Positions 39,576 to 49,197 are shown, numbered from the stretch's first letter. The stretch is DNA of 64,000 nt from Bacillota bacterium (GCA_023512105.1 JAIMAE010000001.1:12803-76802); one strand, 5' to 3'. Numbers and translations are program-made. Notes: generated by a model not told the origin, from the letters alone.

Positions 39576-40781
39576 ATGCGACCTTGGGCGCGAACCTTAA
39601 CGGCGGCCGTCATCGGCTTTGCCGTTGGTGCGGGTGCCGTCAGCGGAGGGGTTTACGAGTACCAGCGCCTGCATCCCACGCCGCCGGTGGCGGTAGGCCC
39701 AAGCGGAGGACAGTTCGCCACCGTAAGCCAAACCACCGCCCCCCAGGCCTCGTTGGGCCTCGGGCCAGACACCATTTCCAACGTGGTCAAACAAGTCAGC
39801 CCGGCGGTGGTCAAGATTGAGGCTTCCGTTCCCGGAGGCGGCGGGTCGTCGTTCTTCAACAACCCCTTTTTTGGCTCGCTCTTCGGCGGAGGACTGCAGC
39901 CGGCTCCCCAGACTCAAACCGACATCGGAACCGGCTTTTTCTTTAACAGCCAAGGCTACATCTTAACCAATGAACACGTCATTCATGGCGCCACCCAGAT
40001 CGTGGTCCAAGTCCCCGGGTACTCCCAAGACTTTACCGCCACAACCGTAGGCACCGACTACGCCACCGACCTGGCGGTGCTGAAGATTAATCCGCCTAAA
40101 CCGGTCCCCTACCTGGCCTTGGGCAGCTCGGACAACACCCCGGTGGGAGCCTGGGTGATCGCCATCGGCAATCCCTACAACCTCAGCGACACCGTGACGG
40201 TGGGGGTGATCAGCGCCAAGGGGCGCCCGTTGACCATCGGCAACCGCAACTACCGAAACCTCTTGCAGACCTCGGCGGCCATCAACCCCGGCAATTCTGG
40301 GGGCCCGCTGTTGAATTTGGCCGGTCAAGTGATCGGGATCAACACCGCGGTGGAAACCAACGCCCAGGGGATCGGGTTTGCGATTCCCACTTCGACGGTT
40401 GAGCAGATTTTGCCCCAGTTGATGCAGTACGGCCATGTGGTGCGGCCGTGGCTCGGCGTCTTCATCACCACCGACAACGCGCTGTTGGCCCGCGAATACG
40501 GCCTGGGGACCGCCAAGGGGGTCTTGGTCGAGGCGGTGGAACCCCAAAGCCCGGCCGAGAGCGCCGGGATCCAGGCCGGAGACGTGATCACCGCGGTCAA
40601 CGGCCAGGCGGTCAGCACGGCCGATGCCCTGCAGTCGCTGATTGCCAGCTACAAGGTGGGACAGCGCATCACCCTGACCATCAACGAAAACGGGCAGGTC
40701 CGCCAGGTCTCGGTCACTTTGGGCCAAGAACCCAACGGGCCGATCACCCTGCCGTCCAACGCCAGCCCCTACTTCAACTAA
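39576..40781 (+). CDS. htrA: HtrA/DegP-family serine protease with PDZ domain
   Basis: ORF 39537..40781 trimmed to ATG 39576 (AGGAGGG 8 nt upstream). N-terminal TM. Catalytic triad context NEHVIHGA, DLAVLKI, GNSGGPLLN. C-terminal PDZ. Confidence 0.9.
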   Translation: MRPWARTLTAAVIGFAVGAGAVSGGVYEYQRLHPTPPVAVGPSGGQFATVSQTTAPQASLGLGPDTISNVVKQVSPAVVKIEASVPGGGGSSFFNNPFFGSLFGGGLQPAPQTQTDIGTGFFFNSQGYILTNEHVIHGATQIVVQVPGYSQDFTATTVGTDYATDLAVLKINPPKPVPYLALGSSDNTPVGAWVIAIGNPYNLSDTVTVGVISAKGRPLTIGNRNYRNLLQTSAAINPGNSGGPLLNLAGQVIGINTAVETNAQGIGFAIPTSTVEQILPQLMQYGHVVRPWLGVFITTDNALLAREYGLGTAKGVLVEAVEPQSPAESAGIQAGDVITAVNGQAVSTADALQSLIASYKVGQRITLTINENGQVRQVSVTLGQEPNGPITLPSNASPYFN

Positions 40782-40794
40782 GGACTGCCCGAGC

Positions 40795-42021
40795 TTACGA
40801 GGCGGCCGGACCGACCCTCCGGCCGCCTTCCCTTGCCTTGCGGCTCAACACCGCGACGCCCAAGGCGGCCACCGCCGCCGCGGCCCAGGTCAACCCGGCA
40901 AATCCCCAGGCAGGCCAGAGCCGCGCTCCCAAGGCGGAGCCGGCCATCAATCCCCCGTACATGGCGGCGTTGTTCCACGCCATACTCCGGCCGCGAGCCC
41001 GCCGCTCCACCTGCGAGGCCATCGCCTTGAGGTTGGGAATGTAGGCCTGAAACAGCGCAAACCCCATCAAGGCCACCAAAAAGGCCAGGCGCTGGCCAGC
41101 CCAGAGGGCCAGCCCCATCGCCAGCAAGCTGGCCACCTCAGCCAACATGGCCCCTTGCACCGCCTGGGCCTTCCCCACCCGGTCGCCCCACCACCCGATC
41201 AGCCAGTTGCCACCCAACCCCAAAAGCCCGTAAGCCCCCAACAAGCGGGCGACCGCGGCCGGGGTCCAGGCAAAGCCCAAGCGAAGCTCGGAGCTCAAGT
41301 AGGTATACACCAGGCCCACCACCGCAAAGGCGGCAAAGCTCGCCCCCAATACCGCCAGGCCCTTGGCATCCCAACCCCAACGGCTGGGGGGCTCCCCTCT
41401 AGACTCGGCCGGCGCTTGGTCCTTTAGCCGGCCCACCACCGGAACCAAGGCGATGCCGGCCAAGACGGCAAGCCCCCCCAATCCCCACATCACCCCCCGC
41501 CAACCCCACCACTGGGCCAACAACAAGCCCAGCGGAACCCCGGCGATGGTGGCGGTGGAAAATCCCATCGAGGCCACCGCCATCGCGCGAGCCCGCCAGC
41601 GATAGGGGACGTGGTCGCCGATCAGGGCATAGGCGGTCGGGGAGATGGCGGCCGCGGTCATCCCCCCCAAGGCCCGGGCGACCAACAGGCCGCTGTAGCG
41701 GTGCGCGCTGGCCGACCAGACTTCGGTGAGGATGAAGCCAGCCAGGCCGGCAAACAGCATGGCCCGGCGAAACCCTCCTCGGTCTTGCAGCCAACCCAAA
41801 AAAGGAGACGCCACCGTGTAACTCAAGGCAAAGACCGTGACCAAAAACCCGGTGCTGGCCACCGGGCGATGAAAGCTGACGGCGATCGGAATCAAGAGGG
41901 GAGCGACGATGTTGAGGTCGGCGCCGACCACAAACATGGCGGCGGCCAAGACGATGCTGAGCGACCAAGGAACCGCCTTGGGCGACTCCGCTGTGGCCGA
42001 CTCCAGCCTCCATTCGGCCAC
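40795..42021 (-). CDS. MFS transporter
   Basis: Lower part of ORF 40795..42507, start set at GTG 42021. About 12 TM, with an MFS-like loop GWLQDRGGFRRAM. Confidence 0.75.
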   Translation of the reverse strand: MAEWRLESATAESPKAVPWSLSIVLAAAMFVVGADLNIVAPLLIPIAVSFHRPVASTGFLVTVFALSYTVASPFLGWLQDRGGFRRAMLFAGLAGFILTEVWSASAHRYSGLLVARALGGMTAAAISPTAYALIGDHVPYRWRARAMAVASMGFSTATIAGVPLGLLLAQWWGWRGVMWGLGGLAVLAGIALVPVVGRLKDQAPAESRGEPPSRWGWDAKGLAVLGASFAAFAVVGLVYTYLSSELRLGFAWTPAAVARLLGAYGLLGLGGNWLIGWWGDRVGKAQAVQGAMLAEVASLLAMGLALWAGQRLAFLVALMGFALFQAYIPNLKAMASQVERRARGRSMAWNNAAMYGGLMAGSALGARLWPAWGFAGLTWAAAAVAALGVAVLSRKAREGGRRVGPAAS

Positions 42022-42035
42022 CCTCCCCCACCCCC

Positions 42036-42485
42036 TTACAGCGACCGCTCCATCTCCAACCGCGTCACCCGGTAACCCAGGCGTTCGTAGAGGCGAACCG
42101 CATCGCGGTTTTCGGCCGTCACGTACAGCCGCGCCAAGTCCAGCCCCTGCTCTTTGAGGTAGCGGTGCGCCGCTTCCATCAGCAAGCTGCCCAGCCGCCG
42201 CCGGCGATATTCCGGTTTGAGGTAGACTTGGTCGATCGACCCGTACGGACCTTGGAGGTCCATCCGCACCGCCACCCAGATGAACCCCACCACTTCGCCC
42301 TGATCTTCCAGGACAAACAAGCCGTTCTCGTAGGGCCTTCGCTGGGCCGTGCGCAGGCGCTGGGCCTGGTCGGCCAAAAAGCCGGGGGTGCAGACAAACC
42401 GCGGAAAGTTGATGCGATACAAATCGCACTGCGCGTTTAGCACGGCGCGAAAATCGGTCTGTGCCCGATAGGGTCTTACTTCCAC
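42036..42485 (-). CDS. GNAT-family N-acetyltransferase
   Basis: ORF 42036..42485. Motif A reads YLKPEYRRRRLGSLLMEAAHRYLKEQG, followed by RLYERLGY. Confidence 0.8.
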   Translation of the reverse strand: MEVRPYRAQTDFRAVLNAQCDLYRINFPRFVCTPGFLADQAQRLRTAQRRPYENGLFVLEDQGEVVGFIWVAVRMDLQGPYGSIDQVYLKPEYRRRRLGSLLMEAAHRYLKEQGLDLARLYVTAENRDAVRLYERLGYRVTRLEMERSL

Positions 42486-42863
42486 GGACCGGTCGCTTCC
42501 CTTTCACCCGAAAATCTGGGATTCTCAGACATCAGCCTTGGGAAAACCCTTGTCCTCCGGCCGAGCTCATTCTACCGCCTTCTTCCATCCCTGTCGATGG
42601 CGGAGCGCCTCACGCGGAAGGACATGGTACACTAGACAAGGACATTGTGCGCCATATCGCCGACTCGTCCCCACCCACGGGGGAGGATTGCGATGCCGAT
42701 CCGCTGGTCGGCGCCGAGCATTCATCATTGGCCCCGTGCCGCACCGCCGGCCTTGGAGAGCCGGCGCTGACCAGATACCGACTCCAACTGGCAGAGGAAA
42801 GGAGGGGCGGGAGGAGGGGTGGATCCCCGTCCCGTCGGCTGCGACGGCCTTCCGCAGAGCTGG

Positions 42864-44249
42864 ATGCAGATCAATCCCAGCATCTTCCGCGAGTATGACA
42901 TCCGGGGGGTGGTAGACCAGGACTTCGACCTCGAGGGCGTGCGCCGCCTCGGCCAAGCCTTCGCCGCCTATCTGCTGCAGGAGGGGATCCGCGAGGCCGT
43001 CGTCGGATGGGACTCGCGGGCCTCGTCTCCGGCCTTGCGCGACGCCATCATCGACGGTTTGACCGCCTGCGGGGTGGATGTGCTCGACATCGGCGAAGTC
43101 ACCACCCCGATTTTCTACTTCGCTTACCAACACTACGGCTTCTCCGGGGGGGTGATGGTCACCGCCAGCCACAATCCAGCCGAGTATAACGGATTTAAAC
43201 TGGCCCGGGGGCCGTCCACCATCTACGGAGAGGCCATTCAGGAGGTCTTTCGCCTCTGGCAACAGGGCGACTTTCCGCGCGGCTTTGGGGTGGTGCGCCG
43301 GGAAGACCCGGTTCCCGACTACCTGGCCATGCTGCGAGAGAAAATCCAACTCGACCGTTGGCGCCCGCGGGTGGTGGTCGACTGCGGCAACGGCACCCCT
43401 AGCCGCTTTGTCCACCAGGTGATGGACGCCTTCGGGGTCCCCGCCGAGTACCTCTACTGCACCGTCGACCCCACCTTCCCCAATCACCACCCCGACCCGG
43501 TGGTGGCCGAGAACTTGCAAGACTTGGTGCGCACGGTTAAACGCACCCAGGCCGACCTCGGGATCGCGTTTGACGGAGACGGCGACCGGATCGGGGTGGT
43601 CGACAACCGAGGGCGGATCCTGTGGGGAGACCGCCTGATGGTGTTGTACTGGAGAGAAATCTTGCCTCGTTATCCGGGTGCCCCCGGGATCGTGGAAGTC
43701 AAGTGCAGCCAGGTGCTCTACGACGAGATCGCCCGCCTAGGAGGGCGGCCGCTCTTCTACAAGACCGGTCACTCGTTGATCAAGGCCAAGATGCGAGAAC
43801 TCGGCGCCCCGTTTACCGGCGAGATGTCCGGACACATGTTTTTTGCCGACGAGTACTTCGGCTACGACGACGCCTTCTACGCCGCCGGACGCCTGCTCCG
43901 CCTGATGTCTCGGCAGGCGCGGCCGCTCGATCAGCTGTTGGCCGACGTCCCGGAACTGCCCTCGACCCCCGAGGTGCGGATCGACTGCCCCGACGACCGC
44001 AAGTTCGCAGTGGTCGAACGCCTGAAGTCCCGCTTCCGCGACGAGCTACAGCTTCCGGTGGTGGACGTGGACGGGGTGCGGGTGTTGTACCCCGAAGGGT
44101 GGGGGCTGGTCCGAGCCTCCAACACCCAGCCGGCCTTGGTGGCCCGGGCGGAGGCCCGAACCCAGAGTGGCCTCCAGCACATCGTCGCACAACTGGAGGG
44201 CGAGCTTCGGCGCTTCCCGGAGGTCGGCCCGATCCACTGGGGAGGGTAA
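42864..44249 (+). CDS. phosphomannomutase/phosphoglucomutase
   Basis: ORF 42819..44249. Motifs: MQINPSIFREYDIRG, active-site VMVTASHNPAEYNGFK, FDGDGDR, GEMSGH. An alternative GTG start is at 42819. Confidence 0.9.
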   Translation: MQINPSIFREYDIRGVVDQDFDLEGVRRLGQAFAAYLLQEGIREAVVGWDSRASSPALRDAIIDGLTACGVDVLDIGEVTTPIFYFAYQHYGFSGGVMVTASHNPAEYNGFKLARGPSTIYGEAIQEVFRLWQQGDFPRGFGVVRREDPVPDYLAMLREKIQLDRWRPRVVVDCGNGTPSRFVHQVMDAFGVPAEYLYCTVDPTFPNHHPDPVVAENLQDLVRTVKRTQADLGIAFDGDGDRIGVVDNRGRILWGDRLMVLYWREILPRYPGAPGIVEVKCSQVLYDEIARLGGRPLFYKTGHSLIKAKMRELGAPFTGEMSGHMFFADEYFGYDDAFYAAGRLLRLMSRQARPLDQLLADVPELPSTPEVRIDCPDDRKFAVVERLKSRFRDELQLPVVDVDGVRVLYPEGWGLVRASNTQPALVARAEARTQSGLQHIVAQLEGELRRFPEVGPIHWGG

Positions 44250-44442
44250 GTCCAAAGGCATCCGGAACTTCCCTCCGCGGGCCTCGCCGCCGCTCAAGGC
44301 CGGGGTGAGGGGCACGGTCTCTCGCGCTGACGTCTCGCCCGCCCGTCGAAAAACCGGCCGCCCAAAAGAGGGGAGCGCGGCCCAGTCGCGAACCTTAGGG
44401 TAGCGGCAAGTTACCCCTCGGATGCAGGCGGAGGCGGGAACC

Positions 44443-45909
44443 GTGCGGATTCGATGGCCACGCTGGGCAGGACGCCCTTCTCCCGCGTGGATCGCGACGG
44501 CGCTGTGGGCCCTGATGGTGGCCTGGGTGACCACCCTGGCCTGGTTCGGCGCTGTACCACCGCTCTCCTTGGGGGTTCGCCTCGGCCTGTGGGTAGCCCT
44601 GGCCAGCTTGGGCTACCCGCTGGGGCGGGGTTGGCCTGGGGTGGCGGCCGGCGCCCTGGCCTTGGCTCCTCTGCTTTGGCCCTCCCTCCGCTGGGCTTAT
44701 GGCATCGCCGGCGCGGCCTGGGTGCTTTGGGCATGGCGGGCCCGCAAGCCCTCGCCGGAACGCCTGTTCGTCGGCCGGCGCTTGTGCAGTGGCTGGCCGG
44801 TCTATCTCCCGCTCGAAGATCGCTTCCTGCACGTCCACGTGCTGGGGCCGACCGGCTCGGGCAAGTCCTCGTCGGTGCTCTACCCCTGGATCGTCCAGGA
44901 TTTGGCCAACGGCCACGGGCTGACCCTGCTCGAGCCCAAAGGAGACCTGGCGCGGGCGGCGCAGAAGGCGGCGCTGCACTTCCAGCGGCCGCTGATCTGG
45001 TTTGATCCGGAAGACCCCCGCTGCCCGCATTGGAACCCACTGTCTGGAGCCGCCGAGGCGGCCGGAGAAGGACTGGATTGGGCGCTGGGCCAGCTGCAGG
45101 AGCCCGGCCATCCCTATTACGCCGCGGTCAGCCGGGTGATGCTGCTCTACGCGGTGCGCGCGGTCAAGCAGGCGCTGGGGCCGGCCGCAGACCTCCCGGC
45201 CTTGCTCACCTTCCTGCGCAACCCGGATTACCGCCGGGAGCTTTTGCGCCAGGCGGATGCTCAGGTCGCGGAGTACTTCGGCGAGCAATGGGCCCGCCTG
45301 AAGCCCGAGCGGCAGGCCGAGCAGCAGGGAGGACTGGTTCACCGGCTGGAGCTTTTGCTGGCCAACCCCCACCTGCGCCGGGTCCTCTTGCCGCCCCAAG
45401 ACTTCGATTGGGATCAGGTGCTCCACCAAGGATGGACGGTGCTGGCCCCGCTCTCCCTCTCCCGCCTAGGCGCCTCCGCGCGCGCTCTGGGCGTGCTGGC
45501 CTGGCACGGGTTGATGCAGGCTACCTACCGGCGGGGGTTTGAAGCCGCCCCATATTTTTTGTACCTGGACGAGTTCCACCAATATGTCAGTCCCGACCTC
45601 TCCGATTTTCTCGCCCTGGCCCGCGGCTTTCGGGTCGGCATCGTGTTGGCTCACCAAGACCTGGGCCAGCTCTCCGCTCCGCTCCGCGCCGCCCTGGCCG
45701 CCAACGCCCGCCAACGGCTGGCGCTGGGAGGGCTTTCTCCTGAAGATGCGCGGTGGCTGGAGGAGGCCTGCCGTCCCCATCCGCTACCCTACTCCCCGCG
45801 CTACCTCCCCCGGGGGCAAGCCATCTTGCAACGCACTTGGCGCGGCCGCTTGTTGCGCCCGGAGCGGATTGGCCTGATGCGCCATGCCCTATCTGGAGAG
45901 GGGGGATGA
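44443..45909 (+). CDS. membrane-anchored TraD/VirD4-like coupling-protein-type ATPase
   Basis: ORF 44422..45909, GTG 44443 lies 8 nt after GGAGG. About 4 N-terminal TM. Walker A VLGPTGSGKSSS, Walker B-like YFLYLDEFHQY, then VLAHQDLGQL. Confidence 0.65.
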   Translation: MRIRWPRWAGRPSPAWIATALWALMVAWVTTLAWFGAVPPLSLGVRLGLWVALASLGYPLGRGWPGVAAGALALAPLLWPSLRWAYGIAGAAWVLWAWRARKPSPERLFVGRRLCSGWPVYLPLEDRFLHVHVLGPTGSGKSSSVLYPWIVQDLANGHGLTLLEPKGDLARAAQKAALHFQRPLIWFDPEDPRCPHWNPLSGAAEAAGEGLDWALGQLQEPGHPYYAAVSRVMLLYAVRAVKQALGPAADLPALLTFLRNPDYRRELLRQADAQVAEYFGEQWARLKPERQAEQQGGLVHRLELLLANPHLRRVLLPPQDFDWDQVLHQGWTVLAPLSLSRLGASARALGVLAWHGLMQATYRRGFEAAPYFLYLDEFHQYVSPDLSDFLALARGFRVGIVLAHQDLGQLSAPLRAALAANARQRLALGGLSPEDARWLEEACRPHPLPYSPRYLPRGQAILQRTWRGRLLRPERIGLMRHALSGEGG

Positions 45910-45913
45910 TCCC

Positions 45914-46639
45914 GTGCCCAAAACGGGATCCTGGCGCGAGGCCCTTCGCGTGGTGGGAGTGCTCTCCCGAGAACAGTTGGTCCGGTACTTCGGTGCCGCC
46001 TGGGAGGTGGAACAGGCGGCAGAGGAGGTGGTGGTCTACCGGGGCGCGCTCTGGGAGCCCGACCGCTTTGGCCGGGGAGCCCGCCGAGACCACCGCCTGT
46101 GGGTGGCCGAAGCCTATTTGCGGCTGCGGGCGCAGGGAACGCCCTTTTGCTGGCGGACTCCGGAACCCGGCAGCTGGCCTTGCCCCGACGCCCTGATCGA
46201 ACTCGGGGAAGCGGGCGCTCCGGCGGTCGCCCTGGAGGTCGACGCCGGGACCGAAACCCGCCGCCAGTGGCAGGCCAAGCTGGACGGCTACCGCCGCCCC
46301 CACCTTGGCATCGGCGGGATCTGGATCCTGGCCGCCGGCTCGCCGCGCCGGCTGGAACGGCTGCGCCAGTGGGTCGGGGAGGCCGCCCTGCCTTACCCCT
46401 GGTGGCTGGAGAGCTTTGACCAGTGGCAGGGCGATCCGCCACCTCTCGCCGCGCCCCCGCCGGCACTCCCCCCCGCCCCGTCCGCGCCCGCCGTCGTCTA
46501 CCAACTCCCCTCGGGCGCAGAGCTCGACCCCGGGCAGGCCCAGAGCTGGCTTGCCCGGGGGGCTCAGGTCGTCGGCCGCAAGCTAGAACATCAGCGGCTG
46601 GTGCTCATCCTCTCCATGCAGCCTCGACCCAAGGCCTAG
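45914..46639 (+). CDS. replication-relaxation (Replic_Relax)-like protein
   Basis: ORF 45884..46639, GTG 45914 lies 8 nt after GGAGAGGGGGG. Core CPDALIELGEAGAPAVALEVDAGTETRRQWQAKLDGY, then a Pro/Ala-rich linker. Confidence 0.55.
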   Translation: MPKTGSWREALRVVGVLSREQLVRYFGAAWEVEQAAEEVVVYRGALWEPDRFGRGARRDHRLWVAEAYLRLRAQGTPFCWRTPEPGSWPCPDALIELGEAGAPAVALEVDAGTETRRQWQAKLDGYRRPHLGIGGIWILAAGSPRRLERLRQWVGEAALPYPWWLESFDQWQGDPPPLAAPPPALPPAPSAPAVVYQLPSGAELDPGQAQSWLARGAQVVGRKLEHQRLVLILSMQPRPKA

Positions 46640-47622
46640 GTCTTGGGCAGGCGATACTCGGCGAAGGGAGGCGCCCAACGGAACCGTTCCGTCAAGGCGT
46701 CCAGCCGCGCTTCCAGCGCCGGGCTCCATGGCACCTCCAAGGCCTTGAGATTCTCTGCCACCTGCTCCGGCCGGGTGGCGCCGGCGATGGCGCTGGCCAC
46801 CGCCGGGCGGTGGATCAGCCAGGCCAGGGCCAGTGCCGCCGGGGTGGTGCCGATCTCGCGGGCCAGTTCGGCGATGGCCTGGGCGACGGCCAGCCGGTCG
46901 TCGTCCAGACGGGCCTGGAAGTTCGGTTCGCGCTCGGCCCGCGAGCCGGGCGGGGGTGGCGAACCCGGCCGGTATTTGCCGGTCAAAATGCCGCCAGCCA
47001 GGGGGTAGTAGGCGATGATCCCCACCCCCTGGTCCAGGCAGAGCGGCACCAGCTCCCGCTCCGGCCCGCGGTCCACCAGCGAGTAGCCGGGCTGCACCGA
47101 GATGAAGGGCGGAAAATGCTGCTCGCGGCTGATCGCCAGCGCCTTGGCCAGCTCCCACGCGGCGTAGTTAGAACAGCCGACGTAGCGAACCTTGCCCGAC
47201 CGGACCATGGTGTCCAGGGTATAGAGCGTCTCCTCCAACGGCGTGTTGGGATCGAAACTATGTATCTGGTAGAGGTCGATGTAGTCGGTGCGCAGACGGC
47301 GAAGACTTCCTTCCAACTCGCGGATCAAATGCCAGCGGGAGCCTCCGCGCTCCATCGGCCCCTCGCCCCTGGGCAGCCCGGCCTTGGTGGCCAAGATCAC
47401 CTGCCCGCGCAGCCCGGTCTGGTCCAGGATCTCCCCGATCAACGACTCCGACTGGGTGCGGGTGTAGACGTTGGCGGTGTCGATCAAGGTGATCCCGCCC
47501 GCCACCGCCTCCTCGATCACCGCCCGGGTTGCCCGCGGATCGGCTCGTCCGCCAAAGGCGTTGGTGCCAAGCCCAATCTTGGATACCACCAGGCCGCTCT
47601 GACCTACTCGTGCGTATTGCAT
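46636..47622 (-). CDS. aldo/keto reductase
   Basis: ORF 46636..47637 trimmed to ATG 47622. Motifs: MQYARVGQSGLVVSKIGLGTNAFG, IDTANVY, GKVRYVGCSNY. Confidence 0.9.
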   Translation of the reverse strand: MQYARVGQSGLVVSKIGLGTNAFGGRADPRATRAVIEEAVAGGITLIDTANVYTRTQSESLIGEILDQTGLRGQVILATKAGLPRGEGPMERGGSRWHLIRELEGSLRRLRTDYIDLYQIHSFDPNTPLEETLYTLDTMVRSGKVRYVGCSNYAAWELAKALAISREQHFPPFISVQPGYSLVDRGPERELVPLCLDQGVGIIAYYPLAGGILTGKYRPGSPPPPGSRAEREPNFQARLDDDRLAVAQAIAELAREIGTTPAALALAWLIHRPAVASAIAGATRPEQVAENLKALEVPWSPALEARLDALTERFRWAPPFAEYRLPKT

Positions 47623-47728
47623 TCCCACTCCCCCCATCTGTGTCCAGCGCTCCGCGCGGCGGCGAAAAATTTTCCTGGTTCCTTGTCATCTTACCACGTC
47701 TGCCGCCACCGGGCTGGCCAGGGGCTCC

Positions 47729-48337
47729 TCAGGAGAGGCGAGGGGAACGGGTGCTCTTGGATTCCGCGCTCTTGATTCCGGTCCAACGCTGCCACCACGA
47801 CACCTTGTTGCCCCGGGGAGCTTGGTCGAAATATGCCCGCATCTGCGCCACCACGACGCGGTCGCGCTCCTCCAGGCGGGCCAGGCGCGCCTCCACCGTC
47901 TCCGCCAGCCGCCGCTTGAGGTCGCCCACCTCCTCCTCCAAGGCCCCCATCTTGCGCGAGGTCTCCTGCCGCTCTTTGACGTTCTCGGACAGCTGCTCCA
48001 AGGCCTCCCCAATTTGTTGCAGGGCTTGCCCCTGGACCAGCATGAAGGCCATCATCCAGGAGTTGGGCAGCGCCGGCTCCCGGCTGACCTCGCCCTCCTC
48101 CTCCAACTCCACGTAGCGGGGAAACTGAGCCGCCAACAACTCTTCCACCTCTTCGGCGCTCTTTTGGTTGCGCAGCCCTTCCGCCACCGCCCGCAACACG
48201 TCCACCGCTTCTTCCCGATAGCGCCGCTGCCGTCCCCGCCCCACGGTGGGCACGAAGGCGGAAAAGCGATCGCGGTAGTATCGAACCGTGCTCTCCGGCA
48301 AACCCAACTGCTCCGCAATCTCCCGTAGCGTCAACAT
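47729..48337 (-). CDS. MerR-type HTH protein with acidic linker and C-terminal coiled coil (RacA-like architecture)
   Basis: ORF 47729..48490 trimmed to ATG 48337 (AAGGAGGGG upstream). HTH MLTLREIAEQLGLPESTVRYYRDRF...RRYREEAVDVL. C-terminal heptad-like LEEEVGDLKRRLAETVEARLARLEERD. Confidence 0.6.
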   Translation of the reverse strand: MLTLREIAEQLGLPESTVRYYRDRFSAFVPTVGRGRQRRYREEAVDVLRAVAEGLRNQKSAEEVEELLAAQFPRYVELEEEGEVSREPALPNSWMMAFMLVQGQALQQIGEALEQLSENVKERQETSRKMGALEEEVGDLKRRLAETVEARLARLEERDRVVVAQMRAYFDQAPRGNKVSWWQRWTGIKSAESKSTRSPRLS

Positions 48338-48537
48338 GTGAAGCCCCTCCTTGCGATACCATTTTCTACCACCATAGCAAGCCCCTTTCCGCAATGGCAA
48401 CCAAAACCTGGCGACGGCGTTCTCAACGCTTCGAATCTGCTGCGGTCGAGGCAGGAAAATTGCCCCAGAATGTGGAAAGATCGTGGGCACTGAACGACGC
48501 CGGTGTCGAGCAGTGGCCAGGAAGGCGGGGGAGACGG

Positions 48538-49197
48538 ATGGAACTGCGTGGGGACCGTGACGGGCTGAAGCTGGTGGCGAAAGGCTATCACAACGAAGCC
48601 GAACTCTTGACGGACTTGGTGGCGGTGCTGGAATCTCGGGCGCGCTTTTTGGGCGAGGCCCGTTTGGACGTGGTGGTGGAGGGGCTGCCGCTCTCCCCGG
48701 GACTGTTGCAGGCGGTGGCGGAGATCTTCACCCGCTATCCGCGCCTGACCTTGGGAGGAGTGCAGCTGGGGCCAGACCCCCGCGGCCCGATCCGACTCAG
48801 CCCTCGCGGGCGCGGAGCGGCCACGCCCCTGGTGGTGCGCCGGACCATCCGCTCCGGGCAGCGGGTGGCCCATCCCGGAGACCTGATGGTGGTGGGAGAC
48901 GTCAATCCCGGCGCAGACCTGGTGGCCGGGGGCGACATCTTCGTCTTCGGCCGCTTGCAAGGCAAGGCTTTTGCCGGCCAGCCCCGCTCCACCGAGTGCC
49001 GTATCTACGCCTTGGACTTGCGGCCGATCCAGATACGCATCGGCGAGGTCTGGGCGGTGGGCGACCAGGCGGGAGGACAACCAGAGTACGCGGAGGTGGA
49101 GGAAGGGCGGATCGTGGTCCGACCCTGGGCCGACTTGCACCGCTATGCCGCCTGGACCGAAGGGCGCACCCACGCCCCCCGGGTCTCCGGTTCTTAA
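48538..49197 (+). CDS. minC: septum site-determining protein MinC
   Basis: ORF 48394..49197 trimmed to ATG 48538. C-terminal beta-helix signature RRTIRSGQRVAHPGDLMVVGDVNPGADLVAGGDIFVFGRLQGKAFAG...IYALDLRPIQIRIG. Confidence 0.75.
   Translation: MELRGDRDGLKLVAKGYHNEAELLTDLVAVLESRARFLGEARLDVVVEGLPLSPGLLQAVAEIFTRYPRLTLGGVQLGPDPRGPIRLSPRGRGAATPLVVRRTIRSGQRVAHPGDLMVVGDVNPGADLVAGGDIFVFGRLQGKAFAGQPRSTECRIYALDLRPIQIRIGEVWAVGDQAGGQPEYAEVEEGRIVVRPWADLHRYAAWTEGRTHAPRVSGS

Noticed and set aside
40795-42507. A single 570-aa ORF spanning the MFS region and the GNAT region.
   Set aside because: The upper 160 codons are the out-of-frame shadow of the GNAT gene (42036..42485). MFS-like sequence starts at GTG 42021, right after the GNAT stop.
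44250-46700. A bounded integrative element (att repeats, integrase or tRNA target) around the coupling-protein/relaxation pair.
   Set aside because: No integrase, recombinase or tRNA gene is present, and I could find no flanking direct repeats by eye. The right end overlaps a housekeeping-type reductase gene.
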